Below, in pieces: positions 12,931-25,751 of a DNA stretch of 64,000 nucleotides. Source of the DNA: Phyllobates terribilis (taxonomy: Eukaryota); contig NW_027362764.1 in NCBI RefSeq assembly GCF_046119375.1, positions 428,668,001 through 428,732,000 on the forward strand. Reading direction: 5' to 3'. Within the stretch, counting starts at the first letter, position 1. The number at the start of each line of letters is the position of its first letter. Under the pieces are notes generated by a model, which was not told where the DNA came from, did no database searches, and was given only the letters and a program-made list of their open reading frames with translations. A program made the translations under genes and the position numbers.

Positions 12931-13859
12931 ATAGTCCACAAAATACAGTAAGCACTGAACTGGACATAGGATGATACTGCCAGACAGAGGGGGTGCTTAA
13001 AGCTGGATGCGTTAGCGTGGCGGAAGTGCTTGATGTAAGAATATTGAATGAGGATAAGGTAGGAATCCATGGATGTAAGTATTCTGCCCTGGTCTGATTT
13101 CTGCGGGAAGCTTTGGCTGTCATTATACCGATAATGGGGGCTCTGGACGTCACTATTATGGGAAGAGGGGGTTCTCTGGTTGTGGCTTGCGACCCTCTTT
13201 CAGAATTAAATGTGGTTCTCAAGGTAAGAAATGTTGGGGAATACTGATACACAGTCTATTGTTCCCTAGGATCCGTTTGGCTGCCATAAAGCAAATCTGA
13301 ATATTGATTACAGCAGCTCAGGCAACATGGCCAGTCCTATTTGTGCAGAAAATATGATACAAAATGTAAAATAAGAAATTAATAATAGATTAAAAAAAAT
13401 ATCTATCAGTATCTGGTTTAAATTGTTCTATAATTTAAAGAGGTTGTATGAATGTATTTTTTTCCGAAACAGTGCCAATCTTGTTAATAGACTGTTTCAG
13501 GTATTGTAGCTTAGCCAAATTTAAGTGAATGGTCCAGAAATTTGTTCTGCTCTCTGACTTCAAGAACATAGTCCTCCCATTATGCAGGTGGTATTCCTGA
13601 ATGGATAGATCCTAAGTATCTAACATTTGACGAACATGATTCCTTCACATCCTATAAATCCATTATTTTTAGCATCTTGACAGCTGCATTAGGAGATAAA
13701 TAAGGCACATTGTTATTACTTTACAGATATAGCAGTCATAAACATAACGGCTGTGGCAAGCTATGACGATAATGTAGTGTGTCGTTCATTAGTAAAGAAT
13801 GAGAACACTCACCTACACAAATAGCATAGATTAGATGGGCACTTTATTATATTAATGTA

Positions 13860-14046
13860 GTGCACCGACTCACTGGTAGACAAGAAAGAAGAGGGCCCCT
13901 GTGCAAGAATAATATATGGGCCCTATGCAGTTCAATAACTCATCATAATGTACATTTCCACATGCATTTGAGGTGGAAATGGGCCCCTTTACCTCTCGGG
14001 CTCCTTTGCCGCCACACAGGTTGCACTAATGATATGTCCGCCCCTG
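13860..14046. mobile_element. Short hAT-like MITE remnant (related copy ~14750-14960)
   Basis: Shared blocks ATATATGGGCCC...TCATCATAATG and ACACAGGTTGCAC; end ATGTCCGCCCCTG. Confidence 0.4.
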
Positions 14047-14191
14047 CACTGATGATCCTATTAACAGTTGCTACACCTGTATATCACAAGAAAACTGATA
14101 CACTGATACACTGTGTTGTGGTAGGTGCACGGCCAAAGATATACCTGATAATGAGATTCTACTTACACCAACCACTTAGGTCCTGCATTAA

Positions 14192-14649
14192 AGGGAACCT
14201 GCTATCAGTTTTGACTATCTAAATAAATGCCACCACATCATCTACTTCTTTACTGCAGTCCAAAAATATGATTATCTACTGACTCCCTATGTATATCTAC
14301 AAAAAATACCATTTGAATTTCTCCCATGCTGTATGTAAATTAGAATGATCCAGTCCAATGGACGTCATCGGTGCGGAGTCTGTGCCTTTTCTCTACTCCT
14401 AATCGCTGTCCTTCGGCTCTGAATTATATATATGGATGACGTCTCCTGCATCATCCACATAGGACAATGTAGCATCACAAGCCCGCACAGGCGCACTTTG
14501 CTCTGCCCTACTGAGGGCAGAACATAGGACATCAATACACATGTGCAGGAAGACATCATTCCGGCTCCAGTGCATGTGGATGGCAGGAAAGGACTGGATA
14601 AAGCTGGTGACATTTGTGTAGATACTCAAAAGCTGGTGACAGGTTCCCA
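14192..14649. mobile_element. T2/Kolobok-type MITE
   Basis: TTAA-AGGGAACCTG ... GTGACAGGTTCCC ends. Confidence 0.6.
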
Positions 14650-16373
14650 TTAGGCATATTATTAATGCAAGCCCTATATTGGGCAGGAACCAAAGTGAAT
14701 GAAGGTAATTCTTGTACAGTATGCCATATATATATCTATGTACATATTGGAGCGGACACAGACGGACGATGGCCCCAATTGTAGAACAATATATGGGCCC
14801 TTTGCAGTATGAAAGCTCATCATAATGCACATAATGCACAATACACATTATAATCCTAAATTTTTGGCATTTTTGGAGCTGGAAGTGGGCTCTTTTGCCT
14901 CATGGACCTATGTGCGGTAACACAGGTTGCACCAATGGTACAGTATATCCATCCCTTATATATACCATAGTGTTCCCTGAATGTCTTATGGTAATTATAC
15001 GCTTCAGGACCAGCAAAGTGCAGGAGAAACTAACCAGTTTTCACTTTTCCCTTTTCATGAAAATAAATCCAAGCACTAACCTGCTATCCAAAGGTCAAGC
15101 TATAGAAGACTCCATTAGGAGGTGTAAGCTAAGAGTTACATTGGCTGGTGGGTCTACAAGTACCTACCTCTCAAACAAGCTGGTGCTAATAGAAAGTTGT
15201 ATGTATGTATGTGGAAAGTTGTATGCATGTGGAAAGTTGTATGTATGCATGTGGAAAGCCTCCTTATGCATTATTTACACTCAATTGGGCCTTAGAGCCA
15301 TATGATTTAATGCTACTGGTCTAACGACTCATACTTGATTTGTTCTTACATTTGGAGGAAAGTACAGTGTACAGTAATTACCATCATTACTTGGGAAGAA
15401 AAATACAATAGTTACCTCCTGTTGTTAGAAATTGACATGTAAAACCTATGTGGAAGGTTATGGGATAATCATATCCCAGATGTTATGGGTTGTCGTTAGC
15501 ACCCACAATAGTAAAAGATCTTTAAAAAGAAACAGGGTAAAGTCAGTTTAAAAATGCACACACTCATCCACAGGATCGCTCCTAGATACATACTGTATAT
15601 AATATTAATAATGACCTTCACAGAAAGAGTACAATCATTTCAATCCATTTGTATGATTAAAGGGTTTGATTTTGTTGCTTCGTTTCAATTTTTTTTTTCT
15701 ATATAGAATAAAAGAGGAAAATTAGTAGAGCTGAAAAGCTCCAGCTAAGGTAAAACCAAGTGTTGATTTATTTACTACTACGCAGAAACATATGGATCTC
15801 TCGCTATTCAATCCCCAGTGTGTATTTGTGTCTGCCAGCCCATCTATTAATGGTCATGTTACAGGTTCACACAGTATGCTGATATTGGGGATCAGCTTGC
15901 GATTGTCATGTGCCATTTTTTCCCTGTAGGTAAGCTGTTTTTCTGCATAGAAACTGTATGACAATAACATTCGATAGGTCAACAGCTTCCAAATGTGAGA
16001 ACATCATCCTGATATATGTTTTCTGTGTGCATCTGTATCGACTTTATAAAATATTTAATGAGCGGTAGCAGGTTATAGTTTGGTGTGACACTGTACTGTT
16101 CTGTTTGATGTAGTAATAAACATACCTGGCAGCCCACCCCCATTCCCAATTCCTTTGATGCTTTTATAGTATTGACGTGTGGATCTTAAGTTTCTTAATA
16201 TAAACAATATGGTTGAAATATAATTTTTTTTTGTTCTTAAGTATTCAAAATTATTATTCATGTTGATAAATACCAAAGTATCATATATATTATATACGTA
16301 TATACAGAATACTTAAATTGCTCATGCTGAATGCAGAGCAGACACTTGCCACATATACATTAGACACTATATA

Positions 16374-16526
16374 NNNNNNNNNNNNNNNNNNNNNNNNNNN
16401 NNNNNNNNNNNNNNNNNNNNNNNNNNNNNNNNNNNNNNNNNNNNNNNNNNNNNNNNNNNNNNNNNNNNNNNNNNNNNNNNNNNNNNNNNNNNNNNNNNNN
16501 NNNNNNNNNNNNNNNNNNNNNNNNNN
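16374..16526. other. Assembly gap (153 N)
   Basis: Run of N. Confidence 1.
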
Positions 16527-17526
16527 TATGCATTCAGCTTGAGGAATCAATACAGTCTCCTGATAGCACAGACTTGCATCCTGAACCAGAAGCATTGCTA
16601 GGCGGACCATATGCTTCCCTCTATATACACAGCACATCTATGTCTGAGAGTTCCTACAAACGATTCAATGCATGAACAAACAGAATAGTCTTTGATGCTT
16701 CCCCAGCCAACACATCTATATCAAGTCCTGACAAGGCAATGCACTGTTGGTGAAGTTTATCCATTGTATAGATATCATCTGACAGCAGTTTATTCCATAT
16801 TAGCAATAGAAAAAAAAGAAGAAATCCTTTTCCCTAGTTCTATGTAGTAGAAAATAACTGCACCTTTCTGAGAGCAGCCAGCTGGAGGACAAGCTGAAGC
16901 TGAGGAAGGCTTCTTGCATTGCATTAGTTGCTGAACCTTCTGCTTTAGCTGGCTGGAATTGCTAATGAAGCAAGTCTGGCAGTTCAGTCTCTGATCAGCA
17001 TGACATACTGTATACTTTCTGTGTTTCTGCTCTAATACAAGACATCACAGAAAACCCAGAAATCCACACCGTGACATAAGACAACCATCACTACATACTT
17101 GAGATGATTCTACAGAGCAATGCAATTCATTCCAGAAGAGGAGCACATGAAGCCAGTGCTGCAGTCATGGATCCTGCCCTAAATGAAGAAGTGGGGTTAT
17201 GCCGTCTTACCTTGGATGACTTGCCCTAACTGCTGTCAACGAACTTATTATTTGGAGGAAGAAAATAGGGAGTTTCTTAAAGCTGCCCTCATGTCCTCAG
17301 AGAGGAAAGCGACTCCAGCACTGTGTAACTCCAGAAGCCTGAGCCTGTCTGCTGAGCTGCTGCAGCTCGCCGGGGCTGCTCTCATTGGGTCTGAGCACTG
17401 CCCTGCCTCCTTCTTCTCCTCCTCCCTTCTGCTTTCTTAGCAGTCTTTCTTCTGCTTTGCTTTTATTCCCTTTTATGCTTCTTCTTCTTCTTCTCCTCCT
17501 AAAACCATCTACCTCTTGCCTTGCAG

Positions 17527-17697
17527 GGCTTGAGATTGCACAGCTCTTCTCACTCCAGCCACCTCCAGTGATCCAGGCTCCTAGGGATGAGCAGCCATAG
17601 GAGATGCCGAGCTGTGTCGCTGTCCAGCATTTCAGGAGGATGGCAGCACCTTCCAGGTCCTGGGCATGAGGAATGACAGCGGTGCTCACTGAGAATT
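17527..17697 (+). other. Candidate host exon (171 nt), possibly 5'UTR plus first codons MTAVLTEN
   Basis: A long pyrimidine tract ends CCTTGCAG|G at 17526 and a donor ATT|GTGAGT follows at 17698. It lies in a repeat-poor GC-richer island. The gene was not recognised. Confidence 0.3.
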
Positions 17698-20173
17698 GTG
17701 AGTGGGCTGGAGAGGGGGGAAGCTTTCCAGGCAGCTGAGGAGCTGCTGAGGAGGAGGCACATGTGTGACAAGATGCTAAGATCTTCTTCCTATCTTCTCC
17801 CTGTTCATCACGGACTGCTAAACCTCCAGCTGCTGGATCATTCATCAGTTTCCCACAGTCCCATGTATTGCAAGCAAGATTGGGGCTAACAAATGTCCTT
17901 TTTTACCCTGCGACCCTGAATTGATGGACTGCCTGCAGCAACTGTCTTACCTTGTAAATCGGTTTCCAATTAAAGCCATTATTACCATACAAGATGTGCT
18001 AACATAATGGCACAGCTAATTAAGTGTCATGTTGCAGACACAGCCATATTTACAATGTGCACACCATGCCTACATACATGTGCTAATGTAATGACACCCT
18101 ATGTATGTGTAGGTACATGTGCACACATATCTGTATGCATATACTGTAGACTATGCCTAATGAATTACTAGATCAGCTTCACTGTATTCCTCTAAGTTGT
18201 TAACCTTACGCTGCGCTGGATACTGCTGGTTTTTGCTTTTTTTTTTCCATCTTCACTTAAAATGTACATAGACAATATCCATCTAAGGGAGATAAAAAGG
18301 GACAAGAGGAAATGAAAGCGAGCGGTAACTGATAAGCAAAGCAAGGACACAAATAACAGCAAAATATGGGAAAATGATACCAGGGAGAGAAACAAATACA
18401 TAATGCAATGGTATAAAAATCTACAAAAATACTGTAAATGTAAAACACATAATCTTACTTACAAATATTAGATTTTTTTGTGCATGCCCTGTATGACTCT
18501 AAACATGCCCTGCTCTTTCAGTGAATCAATACATTATTTTTTTTTTCTATTTTGATCCTTAGTATTGTATTTAGATGATATTTTACATTTCTGTGTGAAG
18601 TGATTGCACAACATGGCACGTATGATGTTTCGGTTACGTTATTCAATATATCACTACCATTTCCTAATGTAACAAGTTTAGCTGGATGACTTGCATTTTG
18701 TTCTGTCTATGCGAAGAACAAAATAGTTGTCGGACGTTTTCTAAAGGACACGTATGACAGCTGAGATTTGACTAGATAAATTAGGAACGTGAAACAGCAG
18801 AGAAGCATTCAAATCATCAAATATGTAGAAAGAACAGGAATCCAGATTTAATGTTATTCTGTAGCTGAATCAGAGGCAGACTGAGGGGAAGCGAGACCCC
18901 TTGGCAGTAATGGTCACAATTCCTTCTACCATCAGTCCTTGCCATCATGCATGTACATTTGCTTCCAAATTGTTAAATGTAACCCCTTAAAGAAAAATGA
19001 CATATATTCAGCACAGGTGAGCTCTATATATTGTTTGATTATGGATATGCTGTCGTAATTATCTTGTCTATTCTGCATGATATATCCATAAATTCATGGC
19101 AGGAACACAACTGTACTCCTGCCACAACTAGTGAAATTTGAGAATATGCTGAAGGCCAATACCAACCACAGCATCTGTGGTGTTTGCCACATAGAGTCTT
19201 CATCTATTAGACCATCTGCAGCTTGCAACATGATTAGAGGGCATCAGTTTGTTACCATTGTGGTCCCATGCTTGCCTTTATCATTTGAAAATCCAGCAAA
19301 AAATAATTTTATAATAATAATCATTTTATTTCTATAGCGCTAACTTATTCCACAGCACTTTACATTTTATAGGGGACTGTACAGACAATAAAGACATGAC
19401 AGAATAACACACAATTCAACAGATACCAAAAGGAGTGAAAAAAAAACAATACAAGCCTGTATATGGCTATGTTGACAAATATAAAAAAACAGAAAATAAT
19501 CTCCATAAAACAAATTTTAGTTGTGCCAAAGTACTTGAACATAAAAAGCATATTTGATCTCATAAAAAATAATTTTGACCTGCTAATCCTATATGTTATT
19601 TTTACCTCATAGTAAAGAGTAAAAAAATGTTGTATCACTTCTTAAAAGTAATTACAGCTGATTTTAAAAGCTAATAAATAAAAAATATAGACTGTATACT
19701 ACAAAAAAGCTATTCATTATTAGAAAAAAACAAGCCATCAGTATGTAAATAATAAAATAAGAAAAATTAGCTTATCCTCTATCTATAATTTTGAGATTTT
19801 CTGGAACCTGAAACTCTACTAATGCTGAGATTTGAGATTTTTAAGAGTCTTGTATACATGGGACAGTGGTCAATCATACACACTTTCATTCCATTTATTC
19901 TTTACGGAACCACTAGGAATAACTGAACTCCCATTAAGGATGAAGTGGAGTGGAGGTGCTCATGATCGACCACCGATCCATTCACAAGGGACTCTTCAGA
20001 GCTCTGGTTGTTGGAATCAGTGGTGGGTCCCAAAAGTCATAACTCCCGAGATCGGAAGGTGATCTCGTATTCTTAGATATATGATAACTTCTAAACTTGG
20101 TTCAACACCTTTAAAAAGGTTCTGAATGGACTTGTGAAAACAAAGAAGAGGGATCTATTAGCTAATAATTTAA

Positions 20174-20558
20174 AGTGTTTGTCTGGCCTTAGGCTACAAG
20201 TCGTCAGTCACTCTATGTGACTGCAGTCTTGTGAATCCTCACATTGCGTGCATTGCACTTTGAGGATTGTCTGGTGCTGGTGCCAGGAACGGGCAGTTAT
20301 GTGATCAAAATTATGTGATTTGCATACTTCTGGCCACATTCTGTCTAGACTATTTATGGCCTCGCTCAAGACACTTGCATTGAGTGAGGACACACCCAAC
20401 TAGTCATCATGTGATTGCATGTATGCTAATCAGATACATGCTATAACACGCTAGCCGCTCCCAGCGGCGGCACTGGAGAATCCGCACTGCATGCAATGTG
20501 AGGATTCTCAAGTCTGCAGTCACATACAGTGACTACAGACTTGTAGCCTAAGGCTACT
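20174..20558. mobile_element. T2/Kolobok-type MITE (degenerate)
   Basis: TTAA flanks; inverted CCTTAGGCTACAAGTC / GACTTGTAGCCTAAGG arms; related to 22574-22961. Confidence 0.65.
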
Positions 20559-20851
20559 TTAAGAGCTTCTTAAAGATTTCTCAAATAATAGAGTAACTTC
20601 CTGAAAACTGTTTTCACAAAACAAGAAAGGGAGAGTTTGATGGGTTACTTCGGGACAAACTGACAATTATGTGTCCTAAAGCATCTTCCATCTGAAAACC
20701 TCCACAGATTCGCAGTAGTCTAAAAGAAGGCGTGTGCATATTCCCTGACAGTGGCCATACCCTTCAGATAGTAGTTAAGACTCCCATACACATTAAACTA
20801 AATTTGGCCAAACCCGCTGATATCAAAAGGTTCCGCTGATAGTCCAATATG

Positions 20852-21750
20852 CAGGGTTGGCTCCAGGTTTTTCTGGGCCCCGGGCGAAAGAGTCTCAGTG
20901 GGCCCTTTTAACACATACACGATTCATGATGCACAGATACGGCGGAGAAATCTATATATAGTGCACAGGGCCCAGCCTGCCACCTCATCCTTCACATATG
21001 CAGACATGCGCACACACACAGTACGCAGACACATGCACGCACACACGGTACGCAGACATGCGCACGCACACACGGTACGCAGACATGCACACGCACACGG
21101 TACGCAGACATATGCACGCACACACGGTACGCAGACACACGCACGCACACATGGTACACAGATATGTACACATACAGACATACACACATTTTTACACAAA
21201 TTCTTAAAAACATATATAAAACAGACAAATATATATACACAGTCATGCACACTGACATTCACATACATGCACTCACACAGACCCATTACAAATATTTTTA
21301 ATATGGGGATTGGGGAAGCCTCACTCACCTGTCCCCGGTCCAGTGTCCTGTCCAGCAGCTCCTCAGGTATGGGGCAGTGCAGGGCCCCCGGTGTGTCACA
21401 GACATCATGGCCCTGGACCATCAGAGGGGCCCACTTGCGGTCGGGTCCGGGCCGCTCCCCCCCATCTGTGCAGGACATCCGATGGTGTTTGATTGCCAGC
21501 ACTCCCCCCGACATGGCCGCGCGCTGTAATGACGCGGCAGGGGTGACACACAAGCACAATTAAAGGTGCAGTGCCGTTGACCCTGCCGTGTCATTACTAG
21601 CAGACACAGCCGCACAGCGCGCGGCCATGTCTGGGAGAGTGCCGGCAATCAATCAGCGCCTGCATCACTGAACAGGTGCTGAGGAAGCGGCCAGGGCCCC
21701 GACAGTGAGTGGGCGGTGGGCCCCGACAGTGAGCATGTCTGATTTCGGAC
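20852..21750. mobile_element. hAT-like non-autonomous element containing a CA-rich minisatellite (~21000-21145)
   Basis: CAGGGTTGGCTCCAGG...GGGCCCCGGG start and GGGCCCCGACAGTGAG repeats at the other end; tandem GCAGACATGCACGCACACACGGTAC units. Confidence 0.4.
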
Positions 21751-22573
21751 TGTAGAACCTTTTGTTCTTTAAGTGATAATCTGCCGCCAGAGATGTCTAA
21801 CAACGGCTCTCATAGACACAGAAACGCTCTGCAGAGTGAGCAATCCTGTACATGTGAGAGACAGGCGAGATAGCTGCCAGCCGTATAACCGGACAGCTGT
21901 CTATAGTGTATGGGGGCTTCAGTCAATTTCTTCTTCAAATGACAGACATTCAGACAGTTGTATTTTTAGTCCAGCATTTTGTCTTTTTAATGTTTTAGTA
22001 TCAAGTCTCATAAATTAAAGATTACAACACCTAAATAACCACCGTCAGTACATTAATACAATGCCTGAACCACCATCAGTACAGTAAAACATCAACAAAA
22101 CCACCTTAAGTACAGTAAAACATCACCAAAACCACCGTCAGTGAAGCGATACATCATCAGAAGCACCGTCAATACAGTAATACATCACGAGAACCTACAT
22201 CAGTACATGAATACATTGTCAAGTTTAGCACAGCAATCAATTGTAGTGTCAGGTCAGGCCCAAATACAATTGTATCGCATTAACCGACAACCCTCAGTAT
22301 GCCCTTAATAATGGTAAGGAGATGCTGGGAGTTGTTGTTACCAGCCATCATCAGACTGCAGTCCATACAGGAATCACAGTACTGCTTGGTCCTATGCAGG
22401 AGCTTTATTAAACAAGAGAGCTGCGCTCAGTATTCTCCAGCACTCCTATTAAGAATGAATGGAGTGATTGTGCGGATGATCGACCGCTGCTTCAGTTTTC
22501 AGAAATTCTTGGGGTCCACGTGTGGTTAGGGAATAACCTTCCATCTTGAAACAACCCCTTTAATGAGTTTTAA

Positions 22574-22961
22574 AGGGGTTGTCTGGTCTAAAACTACAAA
22601 TCTGCAGTCACAATGTAACTGCAGAGTTGTGAATCCTCCCAGTGGACACACTGCTTGCTGTGAGGATTTTGCAGCGTCAGAGCCAGTAACGGTGGTCATG
22701 TGACTACAAGTATGTGATATGCATACTCCCAGCTACAATCCAACTAGATGGACACGGCGTCGTTCAATTTACTTGCATAGTCGGATTGCGGCTGGAAGTA
22801 TGCAATCACATAGTTGCTGTTACGTGATTGCCGTTCCCAACGCTGACACCGGAGAATCCTCATAGCAAGCAGTGCATGATGTGAGGATTTACAAGTCTGC
22901 AGTCACATAGAATGACACATAGAGTGACTGCAGATTTGTAGTTTTAGACCAGACAACCCCT
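22574..22961. mobile_element. T2/Kolobok-type MITE
   Basis: Perfect ~38-bp TIR AGGGGTTGTCTGGTCTAAAACTACAAATCTGCAGTCAC with TTAA on both sides. Confidence 0.85.
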
Positions 22962-24149
22962 TTAACACTGAAACTGATTATCAATCTATCTAAACTGGCT
23001 GTCAAACACTCGGTACATGAGCAAAACGCTCATTCATAGGGTAAAAGTAATTTTAAGCTTACGGAAAGGGAGTCTGTCAAAATGACAATTAAACTGCATA
23101 AAGATTTACATAGGGGACATAGCCCCTACTAAAATAATACCAGGAATACAGTGTGTACGGAAAGTATTCAGACCCCTTTAAATTTTTCACTCTTTGTTTC
23201 ATTGCAGCCATTTGGTAAATTCTAAAAAGTTCATTTTCTTTCTCATTAATGTACACTCTGCACCCCATCTTGACTGAAAAAAAACAGAAATGTAGAAATT
23301 TTTTCAAATTTATTAAAAAAGAAAAACTGAAATATCACATGGTCATAAGTGTAGCATCGGCGTCTCTGCCCCCTGACAGGCAGAGACGCCGTCCCCCTTA
23401 CCGCCGTGCTCCTGGCCCGGCGCCTTCCGGCTCTCCTGCTGCTGCTGCTGCCGGTGCGCGCAGTTTCCAGGGCACTGTGCTTAGGGCGCGCTCGCACTCC
23501 CTCCCTCTTAAAGGGGCCGCGAGCGCCGTCCTAAGGAGTCCCCGGCCAATGGCCGAAGGACTTCTCATATAAAAGACACCTCCTCCAAAATGGAGGTGTC
23601 CGTGCAAAGTTGTAGCTCTGTATTCTAAACTCTGCTTCAGCCCTCAGGTCCTGCTGCTAGTCTGACTACCAGTCCAGTCCGCCAGCCTGACTACCAGTCC
23701 AGTCTGCCAGCCAGACTACCAGTCCAGTTCGCCAGCATGACTACCAGTCCAGTCTGCCAGCCTGACTACCTGTCTCTGCCAGCCAAGTACACTCTCCAGC
23801 CTGACGGTCTGCCTACGGTCCAAACCCGCCAGTCTGTCTATGGGCCAGGCTTGCCTGCCTACCTGGAGAATGTACCCGTTACCTGCCGTGCCTACCAGCC
23901 AGCCTACCCGGAGGCTCCTGCCAGTTACCCATGGTGTCTGCCAGTCCGTCTACCCGGATCACCCGTCAGCCTGCCTGCCGTGCTCATCTGCTGTACCGGT
24001 CAGTCCCTGCCTTCTGACCCCTGGGAGTCATCAGCTCTCATACAAGGACTGGCCCAGAGTAGCACCTGGTTCCTCTGCTCGGTCCTTCCCTGGTTCATGG
24101 AGTCGATTGAGACACAGTGCGACCTTGGTCAGTCCGAGTTGATACCTAG

Positions 24150-25751
24150 TGTTATGCACACGCCCGGGCTAAGCGGCGTGTGCGTGTGATTGGTAGTGAT
24201 TCCACTGGACCGTGCCGGAGAGTGTATGCCTGGAGGGGCGTGACTAAGTATTCACCCGATCCGACCAGGGTCGCACGACGGCATACGACGCCAGTGCACC
24301 AAGGAGGAACCGAGCAGAGGGACCAGGTGCTACTCCAGGACAGACCCCGGACACGGCTGTTGACCCACACAGGGGAATACAGGAACAGGCTGGTAGGCTG
24401 GCACACAGACTGGAGGGTATAGGCAGGCACGACTGGAATGCAGGCAGGCGGGTATGCAGGCAGGGGGGTAAAGGCAAGCACAGCTAGAGTGCAGACGGGG
24501 AGGCACTAGCAGGTAGGAACACAGGCGGGATAGAACCCAGTACACACCGGGACTCAGGAACAATACAGGCAGGATAGGGCCCAGTACACACTGGGACTCA
24601 GGAACAATACAGGCAGGATAGGGTACAGGCAGGGCAGGACAGGACTGCCGGAGCAGCGGGCAGAAGCAGGGCAGGACAGGACTGCAGGAGCAGCGGGCAG
24701 AAGCAGGGCAGGACAGGACTCTGTTCACACGGAACAGACAGGAAGGGAAAGACAGAGCCAGACACCCACAGGGTACTTGCAGTGAAGTAGCGAGTGGACC
24801 ACAAACTCACAAACGGGAGTACAGAGACAACAGGCAGGAGTTAGGTACGAGTTCAGACTCTGCAGAAAAAGGAAGGGAACGGACATAGAGGAAAAACAGG
24901 TAAAGGATAGGAGAGAGTTCAGACTGGAACTGAGTGTACAGAGGAGACCGACACTGCAGCGGAATACAGGAGCGGGTCTGGGAATACTGCCCCCAGAGAG
25001 GCGGAACGAACAGGCAAGGAGCGTGTTCAGACAGGACAGACAAGATACAGGAGCGGGTCTAGGTAATCGGCCCCTAGAAGGCGGGAGGAACAGGCTAGGA
25101 GCGTGTTCAGACAGGACAGACAAGATACACAGAAAGGACTCAGTTCTGACACGGGAACTAATACCGCAAAGCAGGAGACATACAGGACACAGTTCAGACA
25201 CGGGAGCTGACACCGCAAGGCAGGAGAAATACAGGACTTAGTTCAGACACGGGAACTAATACCGAAAAGCAGGAGACATACAGGACACAGTTCAGACACG
25301 GGAGCTGACACCGCAAGGCAGGAGAAATACAGGACTTAGTTCAGACACGGGAACTAATACCGTAAAGCAGGAGACATACAGGACACAGTTCAGACAGGCC
25401 TGGAAATACAGCCTCCAGGAAAGGCGGACAGGGAAACAGGAACGGACCTGGCACCTTCAGAGTGCAAGCACACACTGAAAGAAACACTTATGCTCAGGCA
25501 GGGATAGAAGGGAGCTGCTGAGCTATATACCAAGTGACAGACAGCAATAGGCTGAGGACGCACAAGGGGTGTGACCCACAGCAGGTACAAAAGACAGGAA
25601 GTGATCGGGCGCCGCCCTTAAGCAGCAGAGACAGACACAAACAGACAGCATGGAGGGAAGCCAGAGAGACATTCTGGACAGGAGATCAAGTGCGCGCTCC
25701 TGCACAGTGGGAGATGGACCACTATGCAAGGACGCCGCCAGGTATGTTACA
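24150..25751 (-). repeat. LTR copy 1 (3' LTR) of the tandem element
   Basis: 1602 bp, TGTTATG...TGTTACA, with internal tandem repeats in R/U5. Confidence 0.95.

Noticed and set aside
12929-13252. S/T-rich 107-aa ORF as a host exon
   Set aside because: No convincing splice-site pair in frame and no recognisable homology.
15910-15935. TTTTTTCCCTGTAG|GTAAGC recursive-splice-site-like motif
   Set aside because: A single such motif is expected by chance in 64 kb, and the host gene and strand are not established.
17297-17845. 182-aa minus-strand ORF
   Set aside because: No recognisable domain, and the basic run comes from a CTT microsatellite; the region is kept only as a candidate exon island.
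20898-21563. 221-aa and 211-aa ORFs
   Set aside because: Products of a CA/TG-rich minisatellite (HAHTVRR / CVCVP repeats).
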